From the NCBI GenBank assembly GCA_947455195.1, contig CANGMI010000002.1, positions 257,549 to 321,548 of the forward strand: a DNA stretch of 64,000 nucleotides, read 5' to 3'. The position numbers and the translations under genes were made by a program. Of the stretch, positions 50,898-60,681 are shown piece after piece. The DNA comes from Pseudomonadota bacterium (lineage in GTDB: Bacteria > Pseudomonadota > Gammaproteobacteria > Burkholderiales > SG8-39). Positions within the stretch are counted from its first letter, which is position 1; each line of letters opens with the position of its first letter. The notes beneath the pieces were generated by a model. It was not told the DNA's origin, searched no databases, and saw only the letters and a program-made list of their open reading frames with translations.

Positions 50898-52151
50898 ATG
50901 AATCCTGTAGATCCTTCCCATCGCGGGGCGGCTCCGTCGACCGAATTTCCGCGCATCAAGCGCCTGCCCCCCTATGTCTTCAACATCACCGCCGAGCTGA
51001 AGCAGGCGGCTCGCCGCCGTGGCGAGGATGTCATCGACCTGTCGATGGGCAATCCGGATGGGCCGACGCCGCCACATATCGTCGAGAAACTCGTCGAAAC
51101 CGCCAGCCGCGGAGACACGCATGGCTACTCGGTGTCCAAGGGCATTCCGCGCCTGCGTCGTGCGATCACGAACTGGTATGGGCGTCGCTATGGTGTCGAT
51201 CTGGATCCCGACAGCGAAGCCATCGTCACGATCGGATCGAAGGAAGGTCTCGCCCACCTGATGCTGGCGACGCTTGACCGGGGTGACACCGTTCTCGTGC
51301 CCAACCCGAGTTATCCGATTCACATCTACGGGGCCATCATTGCGGGTGCCGACATCCGGTCGGTGCGCATGACCCCCGGGGTCGACTTCTTCGCCGAACT
51401 CGAGCGCGCCATTCGCGAGAGTTTCCCCAAGCCCAAGATGATGATTCTCGGGTTCCCGTCGAACCCGACCGCCCAGTGCGTTGATCTGCATTTCTTCGAG
51501 CGCGTGGTCGCTCTGGCGCGCGAGCACGGCATCTTCGTGGTGCACGACCTTGCCTACGCCGATATCGTCTATGACGACTACAAGGCCCCTTCGATCATGC
51601 AGGTGCCCGGCGCGCGCGATGTTGCGGTCGAGTTCTTCACCATGTCGAAGAGTTACAACATGGCGGGTTGGCGCATCGGCTTCATGGTAGGCAATCGCGA
51701 ACTGGTGTCGGCACTTGCCCGCATCAAGAGTTACCACGACTACGGCACCTTCACCCCGATTCAGGTGGCCTCGATCGTCGCCCTCGAAGGGCCGCAGGAG
51801 TGCGTCGAGGAGACGCGGCTGAAGTACCAGCGGCGACGCGACGTGATGGTGAAGGGTCTGCATGAGGCGGGCTGGATGGTCGAGAACCCGAAGGCTTCGA
51901 TGTACATCTGGGCCGAGATCCCCGAGCCCTATCGTGCGATGGGGTCGCTCGAGTTTGCCAAGAAGATCCTTGACGAGGCCAAGGTGGCCGTATCACCCGG
52001 CATCGGGTTTGGCGAGTATGGCGATTCGCACATCCGCATTGCGCTCATCGAGAACGAGGCGCGCATCCGTCAGGCCGTTCGCGGCATCAAGGACATGTTC
52101 CGCAAGGACGGCCATGCGCTCCTGGCGGCGCCGAAACTGGTGTCGGCATGA
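50898..52151 (+). CDS. class I/II PLP-dependent aminotransferase (AlaC-like)
   Basis: 417 aa, [11 protein letters not shown]...[12 protein letters not shown]. It lies upstream of hom-thrC, as is common in betaproteobacteria. Confidence 0.9.
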   Translation: MNPVDPSHRGAAPSTEFPRIKRLPPYVFNITAELKQAARRRGEDVIDLSMGNPDGPTPPHIVEKLVETASRGDTHGYSVSKGIPRLRRAITNWYGRRYGVDLDPDSEAIVTIGSKEGLAHLMLATLDRGDTVLVPNPSYPIHIYGAIIAGADIRSVRMTPGVDFFAELERAIRESFPKPKMMILGFPSNPTAQCVDLHFFERVVALAREHGIFVVHDLAYADIVYDDYKAPSIMQVPGARDVAVEFFTMSKSYNMAGWRIGFMVGNRELVSALARIKSYHDYGTFTPIQVASIVALEGPQECVEETRLKYQRRRDVMVKGLHEAGWMVENPKASMYIWAEIPEPYRAMGSLEFAKKILDEAKVAVSPGIGFGEYGDSHIRIALIENEARIRQAVRGIKDMFRKDGHALLAAPKLVSA

Positions 52152-53524
52152 GTGCAGGTGACAGTCCCGAGGGCGTGCCGGCAGGCACCGATGCATCCGC
52201 GCGGCTGACGCCGATTCAGGTCGGCCTGCTGGGCATCGGAACCGTCGGTGGCGGCACTTTTGCCGTGCTCGCCCGCAATCGCGAGGAGATTCGCCGTCGC
52301 GCCGGGCGCGAGATTCGCATCGCGGCGGTGGCCGATCGCGACACGGCACGGGCGGCTCAGGTCATCGCCGCAGCGGGTGTCGAGGCCACGATCACGAGCG
52401 ATGCCTTCGCCCTCGTGCGTGACCCGGCCATCGACATCGTGGTCGAACTGATCGGCGGCTACACGGTGGCCCGTGAGCTCGTGCTGGCGGCCATCGCAGC
52501 CGGCAAGCATGTGGTAACCGCGAACAAGGCCCTGCTGGCCAAGCATGGCAACGAGATCTTCGCGGCAGCCCGCGCGGCTGGCGTCATGGTGGCCTATGAA
52601 GCGGCCGTTGGCGGGGGCATTCCCATCATCAAGGCGCTGCGTGAGGGGCTGGCCGCCAATCGCATCGAGTGGATTGCCGGCATCATCAACGGCACCAGCA
52701 ACTTCATCCTGTCGGAAATGCGCGACAAGGGGTTGGCCTTCGAGACGGTGCTGCGCGAGGCGCAGGGGTTGGGGTATGCCGAGGCCGATCCAACGTTCGA
52801 CATCGAAGGGATTGATGCAGCCCACAAGCTCACGCTGCTCTCGGCCATTGCCTTCGGTACGCCGATCGAATTCGACCGCGCGCACGTCGAAGGGATATCG
52901 AAGCTCGACGCGATCGACATCCGCTACGCCGCCGAGTTCGGATACCGCATCAAGCTCCTCGGCATCACGCGACGGACCAGCAATGGCCTGGAACTGCGGG
53001 TACACCCCACGCTCATCTCCGAGCGCCGCCTGATTGCCAATGTCGAAGGCGTGATGAACGCGGTGCTGGTGAAAGGCGACGCAGTCGGTCCCACCCTCTA
53101 TTGCGGTGCGGGTGCGGGTGCCGAGCCCACGGCCAGCGCCGTGATCGCCGATCTTGTCGATGTGGCCCGCACGCTCGCCGCTGACCCCGAGCACCGGGTG
53201 CCGCACCTGGCCTTTCAGGCCGAGAGCATCAGCGCGGTACCCATTCTGCCGATGGCCGATGTGCTCACCAGTTGCTACCTGCGCATGCGCGTGCTCGACC
53301 GTCCCGGCGTGCTGGCCGATATCGCGCGCGCCCTGGCCGATCGGGGCGTGTCGATCGAGGCGATGGTGCAAAAGGAGCCGGCAGCGGGCGAGGCGAGCGT
53401 GGACATCATCATGCTCACTCATCCGACGATCGAGCGTGCGGTGGACGAGGCCATCACCGTGATCGAGGCGCTGGCGGCCGTGCAGGGCACGGTGACCCGC
53501 CTGCGGCGCGAACCCCTTCTGTGA
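52148..53524 (+). CDS. hom: homoserine dehydrogenase
   Basis: 458 aa with an NAD-binding N-terminus ([11 protein letters not shown]), a catalytic domain and a C-terminal ACT domain. Its start overlaps the upstream stop (ATGA). Confidence 0.95.
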   Translation: MSAGDSPEGVPAGTDASARLTPIQVGLLGIGTVGGGTFAVLARNREEIRRRAGREIRIAAVADRDTARAAQVIAAAGVEATITSDAFALVRDPAIDIVVELIGGYTVARELVLAAIAAGKHVVTANKALLAKHGNEIFAAARAAGVMVAYEAAVGGGIPIIKALREGLAANRIEWIAGIINGTSNFILSEMRDKGLAFETVLREAQGLGYAEADPTFDIEGIDAAHKLTLLSAIAFGTPIEFDRAHVEGISKLDAIDIRYAAEFGYRIKLLGITRRTSNGLELRVHPTLISERRLIANVEGVMNAVLVKGDAVGPTLYCGAGAGAEPTASAVIADLVDVARTLAADPEHRVPHLAFQAESISAVPILPMADVLTSCYLRMRVLDRPGVLADIARALADRGVSIEAMVQKEPAAGEASVDIIMLTHPTIERAVDEAITVIEALAAVQGTVTRLRREPLL

Positions 53525-53530
53525 TCTGAG

Positions 53531-54940
53531 ATGCGCTATATCAGCACCCGTGGGGGGGCATCGCCACAGACCTTCACCGACATCCTGCTCGAAGGGCTCG
53601 CGCCGGATGGCGGTCTGTACATGCCCCAGGCGGTTCCGCGCTTCACCGCGGCCGAGCTTGATCGGATGCGCGGTCTTGACTATGCCGATCTGGCCTTCGA
53701 GATCGTGTCGCGCTTCGCCCCCGAGTGGGATGCCACCGATCTTCGCGCCTGCGTGCGGCGCGCCTATTCGGCAGCCCGGTTCGGTGACGTGGCGATCACG
53801 CCGCTGCATACGCTCGAGCCCGACCTGCACCTGCTGCGACTCTCCAACGGGCCCACCCTGGCGTTCAAGGATGTGGCGATGCAACTCCTGGGCGAACTCT
53901 TCGAGTCATTGCTCGTGCGCCGTGGCGAGGGGCTCAATATTCTGGGCGCCACCTCGGGTGATACCGGGTCGGCCGCCGAATATGCGATGCGCGGCAAGCG
54001 GGGCGTGCGTGTGTTCATGCTCTCGCCCGAAGGGCGGATGAGTCCCTTCCAGGCGGCGCAGATGTACAGCCTGCAGGATGCCAATATCCACAACATCGCC
54101 ATTCGCGGTGTTTTCGATGATTGTCAGGACATCGTCAAGCTGATCGGCGCTGATGCCCCCTTCAAGGCACGCCATCAGATCGGCACGGTGAATTCGATCA
54201 ACTGGGCTCGGGTTGCCGCGCAGGTGGTGTACTACTTCCGCGGCTGGTTTGCTGCCACGACGCGCAACGACCAGTCGGTTTCCTTCGCCGTGCCCTCGGG
54301 CAACTTCGGCAACATCTACGCAGGCTGGGTCGCCCGTGCGATGGGCCTGCCAGTGCGGCGCCTGATCGTTGCCACCAACGAGAACAACGTGCTCGAGGAG
54401 TTCTTCCGCACCGGTCGTTACAGGGTACGCGATGCTGCCGAGGTTCACTACACATCGAGCCCGTCGATGGACATCTCGAAGTCATCGAACTTCGAGCGCT
54501 ACATGTTCGACATGGTCGATGCCGATCCGGCCCGCCTGCGCGAGTTGTGGAGCGCCATCGATCGCACAGGCGCCTTCGACATCAGCGGCACGCCACTCTT
54601 TGATGCCGTGCGCGCCAGCGGCTTCGTGGCCGGCGCCAGCACCCACGCCGATCGGCTCGACACCATTCGGCGGGTGGATGCACGCCACGGCATGGTGATC
54701 GATCCGCATACGGCGAATGCGGTCGCAACCGGGCTCAGGTTGCGCGAACCCGATGAGCGTCTGCTGTGCCTGGAGACCGCATTGCCCGCCAAGTTTGCCG
54801 ACACCATTCGCGAGGCGCTCGGGCACGATCCTGACCGGCCCTCCGGCTACGATCGGATCGAGTCCTTGCCACAACGGGTGACGGTGCTCGATGCCGATGC
54901 GGCGCAGGTTCGCCGCTACATCGAAGAGCACGCGCAGTGA
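53531..54940 (+). CDS. thrC: threonine synthase
   Basis: 469 aa, MRYISTRG..., PLP lysine context PTLAFKD. Confidence 0.95.
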   Translation: MRYISTRGGASPQTFTDILLEGLAPDGGLYMPQAVPRFTAAELDRMRGLDYADLAFEIVSRFAPEWDATDLRACVRRAYSAARFGDVAITPLHTLEPDLHLLRLSNGPTLAFKDVAMQLLGELFESLLVRRGEGLNILGATSGDTGSAAEYAMRGKRGVRVFMLSPEGRMSPFQAAQMYSLQDANIHNIAIRGVFDDCQDIVKLIGADAPFKARHQIGTVNSINWARVAAQVVYYFRGWFAATTRNDQSVSFAVPSGNFGNIYAGWVARAMGLPVRRLIVATNENNVLEEFFRTGRYRVRDAAEVHYTSSPSMDISKSSNFERYMFDMVDADPARLRELWSAIDRTGAFDISGTPLFDAVRASGFVAGASTHADRLDTIRRVDARHGMVIDPHTANAVATGLRLREPDERLLCLETALPAKFADTIREALGHDPDRPSGYDRIESLPQRVTVLDADAAQVRRYIEEHAQ

Positions 54941-55326
54941 GCGAATCTGAAGCCGTCTCGACCGAGCGCAATGTGCTCGGAGAGCCGTTGCTGGCCTGCA
55001 GTTTTTCGCCGTTGACCGGGTACTTTCGTGATGGCAGTTGTGCCATGAACGAGGTGTCGAACGTGGCGCACCTGGTCTGCGTGAAGGTGACCGCCGAGTT
55101 TCTCGAATTCAGCGTGAGCCGGGGCAACGACCTCGTGACCCCGCGACCGGAACTGCGTTTCCGTGGCCTCAAGCCGGGTGATCGGTGGTGTCTGCACGTG
55201 CTGCGCTGGGTCGAAGCCTGGGAGGCTGGCATGGCCCCGCGCGTCATTCTTGAATCGACCCACGAACGGGTGCTGAAGTACGCGCCCTTGTCGGCGCTTC
55301 GGCGTCACGCTGCCGACGGGGCGTGA
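54937..55326 (+). CDS. DUF2237-family protein
   Basis: 129 aa, NVLGEPLLACS..PLTGYFRDGSC...LKPGDRWCLHVLRW. GTG overlaps the thrC stop. Confidence 0.78.
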   Translation: MSESEAVSTERNVLGEPLLACSFSPLTGYFRDGSCAMNEVSNVAHLVCVKVTAEFLEFSVSRGNDLVTPRPELRFRGLKPGDRWCLHVLRWVEAWEAGMAPRVILESTHERVLKYAPLSALRRHAADGA

Positions 55327-55429
55327 CAAGGCGCTCCTTGCCACCAGCGGATGCTCTCTGGCGCCCGATTCGGGTGGCGCGCACCGGCCTTCGGCAAACT
55401 GTCCCCTCCTTTCATGCGGAGGCCGGGCA

Positions 55430-55681
55430 ATGGATGTCGATCAGAGTGGCGATCAGACGACTTTCTTCCGCGGGCAGCAACGCGCGCCGTGCCCCGATGA
55501 GGAGCCAGTCGCGGCGGTCGAGGCGCGGCGCCAGTACGCCCTGCTGACGGGGGCGTTGCCCGATGAGGCCGAGGGTTTTGCCGAGTCGATCGCCGCATCG
55601 ATGCCCCCCGACCACCGAGTCCCGGAGCGCCTCCTCAGGGCGCAGCCTCGAGCGAGATGGCCTGGCTCTGCAGCGGCCTGA
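55430..55681 (+). CDS. candidate small acidic protein (83 aa), unassigned
   Basis: GGAGG at 55418-55422 lies 7 nt before ATG 55430. Third-position GC is high in this frame. The 3-prime 47 nt overlaps the convergent metallophosphoesterase gene. No family was recognised. Confidence 0.25.
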   Translation: MDVDQSGDQTTFFRGQQRAPCPDEEPVAAVEARRQYALLTGALPDEAEGFAESIAASMPPDHRVPERLLRAQPRARWPGSAAA

Positions 55682-56870
55682 ACGGGTTGGGTTGCCGGGT
55701 GTCGATCGTCACCTTCACCCAACCGACGGTGGGCGAGCCAGGTACTTCGAGTCGCCACGCGGTACGCACGATGGCGCCCTGCTCGTCGCGCAGGGGCTGA
55801 TTGAACTGGTAGCTGTGGGTGTCTCCGTGCACGAGGAGAAGAGGCGCATCGAATTCGCGTGCCAGGGCGAGCAGGTCGGCCTTGAATGCGTGAAAGCCGT
55901 CGCGCCGGGCGATCGGACCCTCGCGAGCGCGATCGAAGAGCGGGTTGCCATGGATGAAGAGCACCATGGCGCCGGCTTGCCGCGCGCGAGCCACCTCGAG
56001 CGCATGGCGCAACCAGCGTCGGTTGGCCTCCGTGCGTTGCTCGCGCTCGGTATCGGGTGTCCCTGGGCGGCTCATGTTGTTGTTGCTTCCAGGCAGGTTG
56101 ATGGCGATGAAGGTGACGCCCGAGGCGTGCCAGAGCCGGTTCTCGGGCAGGGCCAGCGGGTTGCCTTCGTGCGCTGCCTGGCGTTCGAGGCCGTGGACGG
56201 CTGGCAGTGCCGGCCAGCCCTCAAGCAGGTGTCGGCGCCAGAAGGTGAGGCGTTCCTGCGGGTCGTAGCGGCCGGCTTCGGGCCGGTGGCAGTCGGTCCA
56301 CTCGTTGTCGCCCGGCAGGAGAATGAAGGGACGCCTGATCTGTTCGAGTTGTCGTCGTCGTCCGGACAGCAATTCGTCCGAGCAGGGCGACTGGCCGCTC
56401 TTGAGGTCACCGACATGCACGATGAATTCGACCTCGGCCCGGTTGAGGGCAGGCATCATCCGGTCCAGTCCACGTTCCTCGGCCATCGAGTACGGGGTAT
56501 CGCCAAACACGGCGAAGCTCATGGGGGCCGGGGTAGTGCGGGGAGCAGCCCCCGGCGCGGTGGGTGACGCCACGGGTTGCGCGCTCGTGGCGATGCCGCC
56601 GGGTGGGTTGACCTGTGCACACGCGCCGATGGTGAGCGTGACAACGCTGCCCGCGACGATGGTGCTGGCGAGTCGGGCCAGAGCCCGCACGAGCGTCGGC
56701 ACCCGCGCCCGCACGCGTGTCGGACCCTGTACCGGACCGCTTGCCGGACTCTGTACCGGACCGCTTGCGGGCGTCGATGCAAGGTGCTTGAACGAGGCAA
56801 GTGTCATCGGACTATTCGTCATCGGACTATTCCGTGGCAAGGTGGCATCGCCGCGCGGGCGTCTGGCCAA
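55635..56870 (-). CDS. calcineurin-like metallophosphoesterase, probable lipoprotein
   Basis: Motifs FAVFGDTPY, HVGDL, PGDNEW and VHGDTH, with lipobox-like LTIGAC. The start is uncertain (ATG 56870, 56822 or 56807). Confidence 0.75.
   Translation of the reverse strand: MARRPRGDATLPRNSPMTNSPMTLASFKHLASTPASGPVQSPASGPVQGPTRVRARVPTLVRALARLASTIVAGSVVTLTIGACAQVNPPGGIATSAQPVASPTAPGAAPRTTPAPMSFAVFGDTPYSMAEERGLDRMMPALNRAEVEFIVHVGDLKSGQSPCSDELLSGRRRQLEQIRRPFILLPGDNEWTDCHRPEAGRYDPQERLTFWRRHLLEGWPALPAVHGLERQAAHEGNPLALPENRLWHASGVTFIAINLPGSNNNMSRPGTPDTEREQRTEANRRWLRHALEVARARQAGAMVLFIHGNPLFDRAREGPIARRDGFHAFKADLLALAREFDAPLLLVHGDTHSYQFNQPLRDEQGAIVRTAWRLEVPGSPTVGWVKVTIDTRQPNPFRPLQSQAISLEAAP
56727..56834 (-). 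repeat. two short in-frame tandem duplications in the 5-prime end of the metallophosphoesterase gene
   Basis: A 24-bp unit occurs twice (56727-56774, first 18 nt identical; encodes PASGPVQS/PASGPVQG). A 15-bp unit catcggactattc occurs twice (56805-56834; encodes MTNSP MTNSP). Confidence 0.9.
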
Positions 56871-56873
56871 TGA

Positions 56874-59405
56874 TCAGGCTTTCTTGAGTCGGTACAGTGT
56901 CTCGAGCGCTTCCCGCGGCGACAGTTCGTCGGGTTCAATCGACTCGAGCAGATCGAGCGCCGGATGGCGCGGCGCCTCGGGTGGCAGCGGTGCGGCGGCA
57001 AAGAGGTCTGCCTGGGGGCCACGCTGCAGGCTCTGATCTTCGAGTTCCTGCAGTTTGCGCCGTGCCGCACGGATCACCGGGCCGGGCACCCCGGCCAGTT
57101 GTGCTACCGCAAGGCCGTAGCTCTGGCTGGCCGGGCCCTCTTCGACGGCATGCAGGAACACGATGGAGTCGCGGTGCTCGACGGCATCGAGGTGGACATT
57201 GGCCAGTTGCCTGAATTCCTGCGCCAGTTGCGTGAGTTCGAAATAGTGGGTGGCAAAGAGCGTGTGGGAGCGGTTGCGCTCGACCAGATGCCGCGCGATG
57301 GACCAGGCGAGCGCCAGGCCGTCAAAGGTCGAGGTACCCCGCCCTACCTCGTCCATGAGCACGAGGCTTTGCTCGGTGGCATGGTGCAGGATTTGCGCGC
57401 TTTCGGTCATCTCGACCATGAAGGTCGAGCGCCCGCCCGCCAGGTCATCGGCTGCGCCGATGCGTGTGAAGATCTGGTCGATCGGGCCGATGCGCATGCG
57501 CGCGGCCGGTACCGGGGCCCCGACGTGGGCAAGAAGCACCAGGAGCGCCACCTGCCGCATGTAGGTCGATTTGCCTCCCATGTTCGGGCCGGTGATGAGC
57601 AGCATGCGCCGTGTGGTGCCGAGCCTGCAGTCATTGGCGATGAAGTGCTCGACCTGGTCTTCCACGACTGGATGGCGCCCCTGTTCGATCTCGACGACCG
57701 AATCGCCGACCAGTTCGGGGATGGTCCAGCCACGCCGGTTCGCAATGGCAGCGAGGGTTGCCAGCACATCGACCGCTGCCAGCGCCTGGCCGATGGCTTG
57801 CAGTTGCACGAGGTCGACCGAGAGCGTCTCGAGCAGGGCTTCATAGAGCGACTTTTCGAGGGCGAGCGCGCGGTCGTTGGCCGACAGCGCACGGTCTTCG
57901 AAGGCCTTCAGTTCAGGGGTGATGTAGCGCTCGGCATTCTTCAGGGTCTGGCGACGACGGTAGTCATCGGGGATGCGCTCGGTGTTGGCGTGAGTCACCT
58001 CGATGTAGTAGCCATGTACCCGGTTGTACTCGACCTTGAGCGAGGCAATGCCGGTTCGCTCCCGCTCGCGCAATTCCATCTGCAGCAGGAATTCGCCGCT
58101 GCCTTGCTGCAGGCACCGCAGTTCGTCGAGCGCCGCCTCGTAGCCAGGTGCGATCACGCCACCGTCGCGTACCATCGCAGCCGGTTCGTTCGCGATCGCC
58201 CGTACCAGAAGTTCGGTCGCCGCGATCGGTTGGCCCAGCGTGTTTGCGTAGCCGGTCAGGAGCGGGTCTGCGAGGGCGGCAAGCGTTGCCTGCAGCGCCG
58301 GCAAGTGCAGGAGCGTATCGCGCAGGGCTGCGAGTTCGCGCGGACGCACGCTCTTGAGAGCAATGCGTGCCGCGATGCGTTCGACGTCGGCAAAGGCCCT
58401 CAGATGGGTACGCAGGGTCGTGGGTTCACCCAGCGATGCGATGGCCGATTGCCGGGCGAGGACCCGGCTTCGATCGCGCGGCGGATGATGCAGCCAGTGG
58501 CGCAGTTGGCGTGAACCCATCGACGTGGCGCACTCATCGAGGAGCCGGAACAGCGTGGGGCCCGGGATGCCGCGCAGGGTCTCGGTGATTTCGAGATTGC
58601 GCCGCGTCGCGGCATCCATGCGCACGAATTCGCTTTCGTCCTCGCGGGTGATGGCGTTCACATGGGCGATCGACTGACCTTGCGTTCGCCGGGCGTAGCC
58701 GAGCAGGGCTCCGGCGGCACCCTGCGCGAGTGGCAACTCGGCGATACCGAACCCCTCGAGGCTCGCGCTGCGAAACTGCTCGCAGAGCGCCCGCGCGCCG
58801 CTGTCGGCGTCGAAGTGCCAGACCGGCAGTCGCGTCGTGGTGGCGCCAGCCGGCAAGCCCGCGATGGCATCGTCGGCGATCAGGACCTCGGCCGCCCCGA
58901 TCCGGTCGAGGGTGCCGGCGAGCCGCGCCAGGGGTACCTCGGTGGCCCTGAAGACGCCGCTGGCCAAGGTGAGCCAGGCCACGCCTGCGGTCTGTCGGTC
59001 GATGGCTACGGCCGCGAGAATACTGTCCGCCTTGTCATCGAGCAACGTTGCATCGGTGAGCGTGCCCGGGGTGACGATGCGCACGACCTTGCGCTCGACC
59101 GGGCCTTTGCTGGTGGCCGGATCGCCGATCTGCTCGCAGATGGCGACCGATTCGCCGAGTCTCACCAGCTTGGCCAGATACCCGTCAAGGGCGTGAAAAG
59201 GGACGCCCGCCATGGGAATCGGCGCACCTGCCGATTGGCCGCGTGCGGTGAGCGTGATGTCGAGGAGGCGTGCTGCCCGCTCGGCATCGCCGAAAAAGAG
59301 TTCGTAGAAGTCGCCCATCCGATAGAGCAGCAGCGTCTCGGGGTGGTCAGCCTTGAGTCGAAGGTATTGCTGCATGACCGGGGTGTGTTGCGGAGTGTCT
59401 GCCAT
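56874..59405 (-). CDS. mutS: DNA mismatch repair protein MutS
   Basis: ATG 59405 gives [38 protein letters not shown]. Walker A is GPNMGGKST. Confidence 0.96.
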   Translation of the reverse strand: MADTPQHTPVMQQYLRLKADHPETLLLYRMGDFYELFFGDAERAARLLDITLTARGQSAGAPIPMAGVPFHALDGYLAKLVRLGESVAICEQIGDPATSKGPVERKVVRIVTPGTLTDATLLDDKADSILAAVAIDRQTAGVAWLTLASGVFRATEVPLARLAGTLDRIGAAEVLIADDAIAGLPAGATTTRLPVWHFDADSGARALCEQFRSASLEGFGIAELPLAQGAAGALLGYARRTQGQSIAHVNAITREDESEFVRMDAATRRNLEITETLRGIPGPTLFRLLDECATSMGSRQLRHWLHHPPRDRSRVLARQSAIASLGEPTTLRTHLRAFADVERIAARIALKSVRPRELAALRDTLLHLPALQATLAALADPLLTGYANTLGQPIAATELLVRAIANEPAAMVRDGGVIAPGYEAALDELRCLQQGSGEFLLQMELRERERTGIASLKVEYNRVHGYYIEVTHANTERIPDDYRRRQTLKNAERYITPELKAFEDRALSANDRALALEKSLYEALLETLSVDLVQLQAIGQALAAVDVLATLAAIANRRGWTIPELVGDSVVEIEQGRHPVVEDQVEHFIANDCRLGTTRRMLLITGPNMGGKSTYMRQVALLVLLAHVGAPVPAARMRIGPIDQIFTRIGAADDLAGGRSTFMVEMTESAQILHHATEQSLVLMDEVGRGTSTFDGLALAWSIARHLVERNRSHTLFATHYFELTQLAQEFRQLANVHLDAVEHRDSIVFLHAVEEGPASQSYGLAVAQLAGVPGPVIRAARRKLQELEDQSLQRGPQADLFAAAPLPPEAPRHPALDLLESIEPDELSPREALETLYRLKKA

Positions 59406-59658
59406 CGGCGACGCCTGTCTTCGTTCTGCGGGAGGGGTTGACGGTCTGTCAGGCGGGGTAGAGATGCGACGCGCACGCACTGCACGGCATCATCTGGACG
59501 CATTATCCCTCGCGCCGACGAGGGGTGCCCAGTGCCGTCGGGCGGCGTTTGCGACGTGTGTCCGTCGGGCACGCCCGTGCCGGGCTCCTTCAGGGTGCGT
59601 CCCCATCTCGTACGCGTATTCGAAATCGGATCACAATGCGCCCGAGGAGGAGACGGGC

Positions 59659-60681
59659 ATGAATTTTCTTGCGGGCTTCTGGTACGCGGCGGGCTGGTCG
59701 ACCGAGATCACGACAAAGCCGCTGGCACGACGCATTCTCGATCAACCGGTGGTGCTCTATCGTACCGAAGCGGGGCAGGCGGTCGCGCTCGACGATTGCT
59801 GCCCGCACCGCATGGTGCCGCTCTCGCGCGGCACGGTCGAGGGCGAGAGCCTGCGCTGCGCTTATCACGGCTTGCGATTCGATCGTGGCGGCCGGTGCGT
59901 CGAGATTCCCGGGCAGACTCATGTACCGGCCCGTGCTTCGGTGCGTGCCTGGCCGCTGGTCGAACGCTGGCAATTTGCATGGATCTGGATGGGTGATCCG
60001 GCAGAGGCCGATCCGGCGCTGATTCCGACCTTGCCCTGGCTCGATTCACCGCTCTGGGTGGCGTCGCGCGGCTGCATGACCTACGCCTGCAACTATGTGC
60101 TGCTGCTCGACAATCTCATCGACCTCTCGCACACCACGTTCGTGCATCGCAGCACCATTGGCACCGAGGATGTGGCGCGCACCCCGGTGAAGACCACCGC
60201 CGATGGCCTGCGTGTTCTGGTCGAGCGCGAGATGACCGACACGGAGCCGTCGCGGCTCTACCGCAGGGCGGGCGACTTCGCCGGGCGCGTCGATCGGTGG
60301 CAGCGGATCGAATATTCGCCCCCGACGCGCGTGGTCATCGACGCCGGTGCGGTGTCGGTCGACCCGGCCGAGGGCAGTCGCCGCATCGATACCCGGGTCA
60401 TCAACCTGATCACGCCCGAGACCCCCCGAAGTACCTTTCACTTCTGGGCGTTCGCGCGTGATTTCAAGCTCGATGACGCTGCGCTGACCGACGAAATCGG
60501 CGAGGCATTGGTCGTGACCTTCAATGAAGACCGCGTTCTCATTGACGACCAGCAGCGCATGCTCGATGCCCGGCCGCAGCAGCGCATGCTCGACAACGCA
60601 GCCGATCAGGGCGTGGTGCTGGCTCGACGCATGATCGATCGACTGTTGCGCGATCAGGGCGGACTGGCTCCGGGCACCTGA
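59659..60681 (+). CDS. Rieske [2Fe-2S] oxygenase, VanA-like (class IA oxygenase component)
   Basis: GAGGAGGAG lies before ATG 59659. Rieske motif CPHRMVPLSRGTVEGESLRCAYH, then DNLIDLSHTTFVH. About 340 aa. Confidence 0.85.
   Translation: MNFLAGFWYAAGWSTEITTKPLARRILDQPVVLYRTEAGQAVALDDCCPHRMVPLSRGTVEGESLRCAYHGLRFDRGGRCVEIPGQTHVPARASVRAWPLVERWQFAWIWMGDPAEADPALIPTLPWLDSPLWVASRGCMTYACNYVLLLDNLIDLSHTTFVHRSTIGTEDVARTPVKTTADGLRVLVEREMTDTEPSRLYRRAGDFAGRVDRWQRIEYSPPTRVVIDAGAVSVDPAEGSRRIDTRVINLITPETPRSTFHFWAFARDFKLDDAALTDEIGEALVVTFNEDRVLIDDQQRMLDARPQQRMLDNAADQGVVLARRMIDRLLRDQGGLAPGT

Noticed and set aside
52070-53884. 604-aa ORF on the minus strand
   Set aside because: It is antisense to hom and the start of thrC. 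The composition is low-complexity and no family signature is present, so it is a shadow ORF.
55305-55615. Minus-strand ORFs of 97 aa and 67 aa in the DUF2237/metallophosphoesterase gap
   Set aside because: They are Arg/Pro-rich and lack an RBS. Their codon third positions fall on lower-GC positions than the plus-strand 83-codon frame.
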